Source: Clostridiales bacterium UBA7001 (GTDB lineage Bacteria; Bacillota; Clostridia; TANB77; CAG-508). From it: a stretch of DNA of 64,000 bases. Below the pieces are notes generated by a model. It did not search any database. It had not been told where the DNA came from and was given only the letters and a program-made list of their open reading frames with translations. The translations under genes were made by a program, and so were the position numbers. Of this stretch, positions 7,901 through 16,400 are shown piece after piece; the stretch's first letter is position 1; each line of letters starts with the position of its first letter. The stretch is taken from assembly GCA_002449785.1 (NCBI GenBank), contig DJXP01000004.1, positions 21,607 through 85,606 of the forward strand, read 5' to 3'.

Positions 7901-10423
7901 GTACCAGAAGATGGATATGTAATGGAAGATACAGAGGTATTAAGATTTACATATAGATTTGAAATACCAGAGAACTTAAACCATAATGAAAGCATATTCG
8001 GAACATTTATGGTAAGCTATAAAAATAATTCAGAAATAATGGTAACAGATGAAAAAGAAGCCCCAGATTTAGTAGGTTTAACAACAGGAGAAGGACCAGA
8101 GCTTAATATAGAACTATTATCTAATAAAGAAAAAATTAGAGAATATGAAGAACTTGAAGTAACAATAAAAGGTAAAAATGTAGGCGATAATAAAGCTAAA
8201 AATGTTGTAGCAAGTTTTCCAATTCCTGATGAAATGAAATATTTGTCAGAGGAATCTGCATCAGACAAATTAAGCGTATCTTTAGAAGATAATGTATTAG
8301 TTGCTAAAGTACCTGAGTTACAAGCTAGTGAAGAATTTGAATATAAAGTAAACTTAATGGCTAATAGAATAGATAAAAGTGTTCATACTATAGCTGAAAA
8401 TAATCATTTTTCAGCAGAAGTACAACCTAAATTAAATTTGGAAGCTGATGATTTAGGTGCAGTATTAGAAGCAGTAGGTAATGTAACTACAATAGAAAAT
8501 GCAAAAATTACTCTTTCAGAAAATATACGAAATATAGAAAAAGATACATTTACTTCTAATGAAAAATTTACAATGAGTATAAAAGTAAGTAATATAATTG
8601 ATGATGATATTAATAATATTGTTGTAACACAATATATACCAGAAGAATTAAGCTTTGAAAATTCGTATATAACAAAATATGATGTTTCAAAACAAAGGGA
8701 TGTACGAGCTGGTGAAGGTACATATAATGAAAGTAGTAGAACAATTACATATAATATAGATAAATTATCTAAAGATGAATCTATATATTTAAATTATACT
8801 GTAAAAGTAAATGAGCTTAATGAAAATAATATTAATTCAAATATTAATTTAGGTGCAATAGCTAAAATTAATAATGATGAAATATATGAAGCAAAAGAAT
8901 TTACAATAAAATTAGCTATACCTTCAGTATCTGCTATTCAAACTTCAAATATTACAGATACATATATTAAAGATGGAAGCACAATAGACTATATATTTAC
9001 AATAAAAAATGAAGGAAATTATGCTGTTGAAGATTTTAACTTTACAGATGTTATGCCAGAAGGAATGATTGTACAGAATGTAAAAGCTAAATTTGGTGAT
9101 GAAGAAGAAAGAGATAGAGTATTTTCAAATAATGAATCTGTTATAACTGGTACATTAAATGCTGGACAAACTGCAATTATAACAGTTACTGCAAAAGCTA
9201 GTTATCTTGAAGGTTCAAAGGAAAAGAGTATTTCAAACAGTGCTACGATTTCTGGTAAAAACATTCAAACAATAAAAACTAATGCTATAAATAATATTAT
9301 AGAATCAAGTCTAGATACTTCACGTGTTGGTGCAATAGATGATTCAGAAGATACAAGTTCTGATTCAGAATTAAGTAGTGTTCAAAACAATATTACTAAA
9401 ACATATAGAATCGATGGATTGGCTTGGGAAGATACCAACAAAGATGGTATGAGAAATGAGGGAGAAAAACTATTAAATGGAATAATAGTTACATTAGTAA
9501 ATAATGAAACTGGTGTAAAAGTAAAAACTGTATCAACAACATTTGATGGTACATATAGCTTTACAAATGTTCCAAATGGAAATTATTTTGTATTATTTGA
9601 ATATGATACAGTAAAATATGCTGTCACAACATATCATAAAGATAATGTTGGTGCTAACATAAATTCAGATGTAATTGCTAAACCTATTGAAATTGATGGA
9701 AAAACAAAGAATGTTGCGATTACAGATGTAATAGCAATTAATAATGGTAGTATGTCTGGAATAGATATTGGACTTATGCTTGCTGATAGTTTTGACCTAC
9801 AATTAGAAAAAACAGTATCTAAAATTACAGTTCAAACTTCAAAAGGAACTACAACAAATAATTTTGATGATAGTAAACTTGGAAAAGTTGAAATTGCATC
9901 AAAATATGTATCTGGATCTACTGTATTAGTAGAATACAATATTAAAGTTACAAATGTTGGAGATATTTCAGGATATGCTAAGAAAATAGTGGATTATATA
10001 CCAGAAGGAATGAAATTAAATACATCAATACAATCTAATGCTGAAAACTGGTATACAGGTTCAGATGGTAATTTATATTCTACAGCACTTGCAAATACAG
10101 AACTTAAAAAAGGTGAATCAAGAACAATTAAGCTTGTTCTAACAAAAGAAATGACAGAAGATAATACTGGCATAGTTAATAACTTAGCAGAAATTTATGA
10201 AGATTACAATATTTATGGTGTATCTGATAGAAATTCAGTGCCAGCAAATAAAGCACAAGGCGAAAACGATTTAGGCTCAGCAGATAGTGTAATATTAATA
10301 AAAACAGGTGAAACATTAATATATATTTCAGTTATAATAACAACTATTTTAATTGGAACAATTGCAGTTCTAACTGTGGTGCAGAAAAAGAAATCGCTTA
10401 AAAATATGGAAGGGGGTGTTTAA
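4967..10423 (+). CDS. Giant surface protein of 1818 aa: signal peptide, acidic low-complexity region, DUF11-like repeats, an SdrD-B/CnaB-like domain, and a C-terminal anchor (IKTGE + TM + KKK)
   Basis: The signal peptide is MLKSNIQKKLLAIILIFTLTFANFAVVTKAYA. 'YRIDGLAWEDTNKDGMRNEGEKLLNGIIVTLV' is an SdrD B-like motif. The C-terminus is 'LIKTGETLIYISVIITTILIGTIAVLTVVQKKKS'. Confidence 0.85.
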   Translation: MLKSNIQKKLLAIILIFTLTFANFAVVTKAYATSFAETIFGTNSDTGHKNIEFDAYFETEGNKVTSVISDVNNKDLAIKFDLGVRDSGYLKNAKVELLGSDENKLNFEVEKYEENSITAEKEVKKSVEKIEVENTSENVIEENLIEETENNEITEITEINSKDSENVISENDISKINEEDNSEITINDETNSVTNEISEEVENSVANENVSSDENEVIKDEEINTTSEETETEEEIIENIFNSEYVQNFEDNVLTFVQINSTSDVSIDLPIRYKNEAYVSNDEISNDVTVRFSGIYVDSQGKEIAVEKEEVLTVSWKDERDINVESGVTKYIDFGAGVILQTIVRVDSSKNGNRLPIKSTTIEAKAPILAGIAPNNVVVVANSLEGTNGENAGNLTFNENNWSYNNEENKVLINVENNSKVVKESEYSEEFLKDGEKEKEGYYNANGVDEYLITYTYSNISIDNIEEITDSEIKINVLNIADGLFLNENSYRYELGTNKGEIVSFNKVNETVEISKAYEYINYSNNNKYEIELANDAVINVSYKDIIKDLKLEDVSNKYIDKEGNEIETDDTYYKRIEISKENFDKMLGDAGEIKVLDEQGNEIGIINNSTVANEEGNIVLNIEGRYSKLNYEITKPIAEGNIVIRNIKVLSDLSIDKSGLINMAKIASKTKLKADYEYVEETVEVEEKEIETELKDTSSRANIILDRESLSTLSLNENVEIRIDLNNARLESDIYGHSVFEIELPEYIESLEITNTKMLYGEGLEITDIVAEGRIIRITVDGVQKEINTGELNSTNIVMNANIKVNLYTPAKKEQVKLRYTNDEATNYENNGEDAYEVSYSAPTGLVAVNSIEGYNNEAKIQSVRQGKKTDLIDIYAERKEATQEIIVMNNNGNEISNVKILGRFPFKGAQDILTGDNLGTTLDARILSGITGDERNRGNFKIYYSENGEATEELENSENGWQEEVESLENIKSYLIVPEDGYVMEDTEVLRFTYRFEIPENLNHNESIFGTFMVSYKNNSEIMVTDEKEAPDLVGLTTGEGPELNIELLSNKEKIREYEELEVTIKGKNVGDNKAKNVVASFPIPDEMKYLSEESASDKLSVSLEDNVLVAKVPELQASEEFEYKVNLMANRIDKSVHTIAENNHFSAEVQPKLNLEADDLGAVLEAVGNVTTIENAKITLSENIRNIEKDTFTSNEKFTMSIKVSNIIDDDINNIVVTQYIPEELSFENSYITKYDVSKQRDVRAGEGTYNESSRTITYNIDKLSKDESIYLNYTVKVNELNENNINSNINLGAIAKINNDEIYEAKEFTIKLAIPSVSAIQTSNITDTYIKDGSTIDYIFTIKNEGNYAVEDFNFTDVMPEGMIVQNVKAKFGDEEERDRVFSNNESVITGTLNAGQTAIITVTAKASYLEGSKEKSISNSATISGKNIQTIKTNAINNIIESSLDTSRVGAIDDSEDTSSDSELSSVQNNITKTYRIDGLAWEDTNKDGMRNEGEKLLNGIIVTLVNNETGVKVKTVSTTFDGTYSFTNVPNGNYFVLFEYDTVKYAVTTYHKDNVGANINSDVIAKPIEIDGKTKNVAITDVIAINNGSMSGIDIGLMLADSFDLQLEKTVSKITVQTSKGTTTNNFDDSKLGKVEIASKYVSGSTVLVEYNIKVTNVGDISGYAKKIVDYIPEGMKLNTSIQSNAENWYTGSDGNLYSTALANTELKKGESRTIKLVLTKEMTEDNTGIVNNLAEIYEDYNIYGVSDRNSVPANKAQGENDLGSADSVILIKTGETLIYISVIITTILIGTIAVLTVVQKKKSLKNMEGGV

Positions 10424-10424
10424 T

Positions 10425-13400
10425 ATGAATATAAATAAATTAAATAGAAAAATTTCAAAAATAGTTTTAATGTTATTATTTATAATATTAAGCACTTCAT
10501 CTATGTATAAAGTACATGCATTACCAGTAACTTTAGAACTTTTAGAGAGTAGTACTGATTATTACTGTTCAGAACATAATGTACCTTTGGCATATTATAA
10601 TCCTGAGTATACAGAGGATGGTAGAACATATTCATCATCTGATCCATATGGAAGTTATGGTTCTAGCTATACTACACATAATCAAAGCACATATAATAAT
10701 TTAATGAATGCAAACTATACAAAACGTGAAAATAGTGATTTTTCAAACGTAGGTGAATCATATACTACACCAGTTGAGGCATGGGTTTTAATTAATGGTA
10801 ATGGATATGGTTCTACTGACAATCCTACTCCTTGGCAACAAAAATGGTGGACAACTCCTGCTGGACAAGGACATTTACATACAACTACTGGAGATAGAGA
10901 TGTTAATTTACAATATCCAGAAGATGAAGAACATGCATTTTCCTCAGAACTATTTAATAATGATAATAGAGCAGTTGCTGTAAATGGAACATCATTATTA
11001 AAAGATTTTATAGAGTCAGAAAATAGCAGAAATACATTTGTAGAAGTAGCAGGAAGAATGACAAATTTTGCAGCAGGTGATGGTGAATCTGATGGTGCAC
11101 AAGGGGGAAGTGTTTCTGAGGCAGATGATTTTGCAGATTATATAGAAGCTATGACAGGTTCAAAAAATTCTGTATGTGGATCAAATGGATTTAATTTTAC
11201 TAAAAAATTCGATTGGATAAACAAAGATGTAGAAAAAGATGGTAAAAAAATAAATTATAGCAATCCAACAGTTGCTAAAGATGGAAATAAATTTATAGTT
11301 GGACCATTCGCAATAGACTATGTTAATAAAGGTAAATTTTCACATATTGCCAATATGGTATTAGAAGTAAAAAAAGATGATGGAACAACACAAAATTTAG
11401 TAATAAATAGTGATAAATCAGAGTTTAAATTAAATAAAGAATCAAATGGTAAATTTCCATTACCAGATGAAACATTTTATATAGTATTTGATAGTATAAA
11501 AAATGCTACAAGTATAAAGAATATAAAAGTTAATTTTGAATATATGAATGCAACAGCAAAATATTCTTTATGGGATGGTAGTATAACTATTACTGGTATT
11601 CAGTTCGCTGATGATGGTAGTTATACCCCACAAGGTAGTTCACAAAGAGTATATAAGATAAGAAGAGTGGAAAGTTCTTCAACACAAAATGCTCAAACAG
11701 TTGCTCATAAAGAAGAAGAATGCAAATTATGGTATGAACATGTTCAAATTGAAAGAGGAATTAATATTATTGAAAGTAATATTAATATAATTAAGAAAAT
11801 TACAACATCAGATGGAAAAGAAATAGATTATAATTCACTTTCAAAAGATGCAGCTGCTAGAAGTTTTGATTTTGAATTAGAAGTAAATGGAGCTATTACA
11901 AACGATAATTTAGGAAGCAAAGAAAAAATAACTGTAATGGCTGGTAGTGGTTTATCTACTCAATCTAGAGTATATTATTGGTTAAACAATAATAATAATA
12001 ATGCTCCAACATTTACATTAAAAGAAATAAATAAAGAAGGATATCATATAAGTGATATTAAAGAAGTTACAACAAATGGGCATGGTACTTATTCAAATGG
12101 TGTATTTACAGGAACTTTAACAACTGATACATCGCTTAATTTAGAGGCAACAAATATAACAGATTCACATATAGGAAATATAAAAATAGTAAAAGCTATT
12201 GATAGTAAAATTAGTGAAGCAGGAAAGAATTATATTAACGGAAAAACATTTGATGTTAAAGTTACAATAACTCCATCAGCTAGTGGATTCTTTAAATACA
12301 ATGGTGTATATTATGGAAACAATGAAGAAAATAAATCATTAGAAATAACTGTACAAGTTGTAGCAGGTGGAGAAGTAAAATTACCATCTGATATTGAATG
12401 GTATGGAGAAGAAGCTCCAACATATAAAGCTGAAGAAATTTTAACAGAAGAGCAAAAACAAAATATTGAACTATTAAAAATTGATTTTGCTGAAGGCAAA
12501 TTAGTTGAATATAAAACTGGTTCAACAGAACCTGCAGTTACTGTTACAGTAACTAATACATCAAAAGACCATAAAGCTAAAATTCATATTATTAAAACTG
12601 TTGAAATAACAAACGATTATAGTGAAGAGCTAAAACAAAAATTAATAGAAAAGATTAAAAATCAAACATATGAATTTGATATTAATGTAAATGGATTTGA
12701 TACAGAACATGCTGTAATAGAAAAAGCAGAGATTAAAGATAATCAATTAGTATGGGATTATGTATCAAGTGAATATACTTGGCAAGGTGATGCTAATAAT
12801 GGTCCAACATACGAAATAAAAGAGGTTAATGCTCCTGAAGGAACTGTATGTGAACCAGAAAATACAAGTGGAAAACTTATAGAAAATGTTCAAAATGACT
12901 ATAAAGTTGATAATAACATTTTAAATAAAATTACAATAAAAGAACATAATGCGAAGATTAAATTAATTAAAAAAATAGATAGTAAAGAATTACAAGATGA
13001 AGATTATACATTTGATTTAAGAATGATTTTAGGATTATTTACTTATAAAGGTAAAGTATATGAACCAACTAAAGAAACACCAGTAAGATTTACAAATGCC
13101 GAAGGTGCAGATGAAATAGCTTCAAGTGATGAACAATATATAGTTATTCATATAGAGCCAGAAAAAGAAACAGCTGAATGGGAATTAGCAGAAAACATTA
13201 CATGGTATGAATATGGAACAGAACTTAAAGAAAATCCACATTATGAAGTTCATGAAGTAAAAGTACCAGAAGAAAAAGTTAAAAATGTTCAAATATTGCC
13301 ACAAGAAGGTGAAGGCATATTAATTGAAAATGAATCAAAATTATTGGAAATAACTGCAACAAACTATGGATTTGAAACTAAAAAAGGTAAAATTCATTTA

Positions 13401-16400
13401 ATTAAAGAATTAGAAAATGCAGAAAGATATGATGAAGCAATTATTAACACATACAAATTTCAATTTAGAGTAAGTTTAGATTATAATGCTGATGATAATT
13501 GGGATGATGCCGAAACATTCGATATAGAATTAACTCCTAAAAAGATCGACAATGATAGCAAATTTATATGGGAATGGGAAAGTGATCCAATTAATTGGAA
13601 AGAAAATGAAACTGCACCTAAATATAAAATTGAAGAAATTAATATTCCAGCAGGTATTGAATTTGTAGAAGCAAAAGATGAAACAAATTCATATACAGTT
13701 GAGGGAAATACAATTACTGGAACAATAGTTGAGTTTAAAGAAGAAGATATTGAATTCAAGCAAAATGAAGTAAGTGTAAAAAATAAAATTGTAGAAAATC
13801 AAAATGGAAAATTAGCTATTAAAAAACTTCTTGAAGATGGTTCAGAGTCATTAAAAGATAAAGAATTTGAATTTGATGTAACAGTACAAGGAACATTTAC
13901 TTATAATGAAAAAGAGTATAACAATGAAAAATATACATTTACAACAAAAGTAAAAGCAGGAGAAACATGGACGTCTGATGATTTTACATGGAGCTCAATT
14001 GCTGTACCAAGTTATACAGTAGTTGAAAAAGAAGGTCAAGAATATAAATGTACATCAATGATAAACAACACTGGATATTTAAAAAATAATGATACAGTTA
14101 CAGCCACATTTACAAACAAATCTAATAAAACAGAAAGTGCTTATTTAAGAGTAACAAAGAGCTTAGAAGCTGGACAAACTTCAGATAAGAAGTTTAAATT
14201 TGAAATAACAATAGATGGAAAAACAACAACTATAGAATTAAAAGCAGGTGAAGTATATACAAGTGAAAGTTATATATGGAATATTGGAGAAACTGCTCCA
14301 TCATATACAGTTACAGAGCTTCCAGATGATGAGACAATTCTTAAAGACATTAGAGAAATAGGTGGCTCTCAAGGAATTATAGGTAATGGTGGAAAAGGTG
14401 GAACAATAACAGGTACATTAAAAGAAGGTACAACTGTTGAAGTTGTTGCTACTAACTCTATAGATGAAAGACATGGACAATTTAATGTTAAAAAACAAAT
14501 AGTTGCAGATGAAAAATATGTTGCAGGTGTTAAAGACAAAGAATTTACTATTACTGCAACTATAACTGGAAACTTTATGTATGGCGACAATAAAACACCA
14601 GTAAATGGTTCACAAGACTTTGAGTTTACATTAAAGGCTGACGGAACATGGACCTCACCAACAATTTATTGGAATGGTGAAAATGCTCCTATAGTTACTG
14701 TAAAAGAAAACTTAACAGGAGATGCTTATAAAGGCTGGAAAAATATTGGTATATCAAATAATGATGTTGCAATTTCTGATGGATTAGAAATTGTTGTAAC
14801 AAACGAATATCAAATAATTACAAGATTAGACTTAACAGTTGAACTTGCAGGTGATGTTTGGGAAGATGTACCACAAAAAGATTCTAAAAATGACCCAGAC
14901 TCAGTACCAAATGGAAAAATAGATAAAGGTGAAATTGGAATTGATGGTGTAGAGGTTTATATATATAAATCAGGAACTAATGAACTTGCAACAATCTATA
15001 AAGATGGACTAAATGCAAAATTAACTCAACCAATTATTACATCAAACAATGGACATTGGGATGCTCCAAGAGTTAATTTATCTGATAGCGAAGATCAGTT
15101 TGAAGTAAGATTTGTCTATGATGGACAAACTTATGAAAACACTGAATTATTAGTTACAGCAAATGGAAAAGATTCTAAAGCTAAAATTGATGAATTTATG
15201 GGAACTATTAGAAAGAGCGACAGAAATAAATATGCAAAAGACTCAATGGCTGAAGATACTAATAGAGAAGAAGTAAATAGTAGAATTAATGAAATATATG
15301 GAAATGCTCCAATAGATGGAAATGGAAATACAACAGGAAAAGTTAGAGGAGCAGCTGGTGAATTTAATGTTTACTATACTTCAAATGTAACAAATTTAGG
15401 AGATCAAACAAGGGTTATTTCTAAACTTAAAACAACAAATAGCAATGGTGTAGCATTAGATCCATTTAAAACAATAGCAAGTACAGGAAGATTAGTATTC
15501 CCATTCGGAACCGGATTTGAAGATAAATTCCATTTAACTGGAAGTGACACAAATATAACAGATTATGGAACTGAAATAGTATATCATTATAGTGCAACAT
15601 ATGATTATACAAAACATATTAATCTAGGATTAAAGAAGAGAACAGATTCTGATGTTGAAATTCAAAAAGATTTAGTTTCAGCAAAAGTTGTTGTAAATGA
15701 TAGACTAACAAATTATACATTTAATAAATTATCAGACATAGGAAAAGATGTATATACAAGAACAATTGATGATAGTAATAATCCAGATAATATCAATTTA
15801 AATTATACGTTGGGATTATATAAAACAGATTACTACTATAGAGCAGAGATGTATAAAACAAATATGCCAATAGATGAATATGAGGCAGTAGAAAACTTCT
15901 ATAAAGCAGTAAGTAGTGGAATAGATTCTACAGAACTTGAAGTATATTTACAATATAAGATTACTTTACGTAACTCAAGTTCAAATACATATAAAGTAAG
16001 AATAAATGGAATTGAAGATTACTATGATAGTACATTTAAACTAATTAAAGAAGAAAAAAAGAGATATGTAAAAAATACAGATGGAAAACTTCAAGAGGAT
16101 AAAGTTGTAGTTGGAAAAGCTCCATACATTGAAAAAGGAACATTTACATCTTCTATTGACTTTAGAGATGGAGAAAAAGGAATCAAAGGTTCTGATGGAG
16201 TAACATATAATAAGATATCAGCTAACTTAGGTGGAATTGAATTAGCATCTGGAGAAACAGCAAATGTTTATACTTCATTCCAAGTTGAAAAAGGTACATT
16301 TAAGGGTGTACAAGATGCTATAGCACTTGGCGGTAAATCAAACTTAGCTGAAATTTCAAATTATTCAACATATTATGCAAATGGTAAAGTTGCAGGAAAA

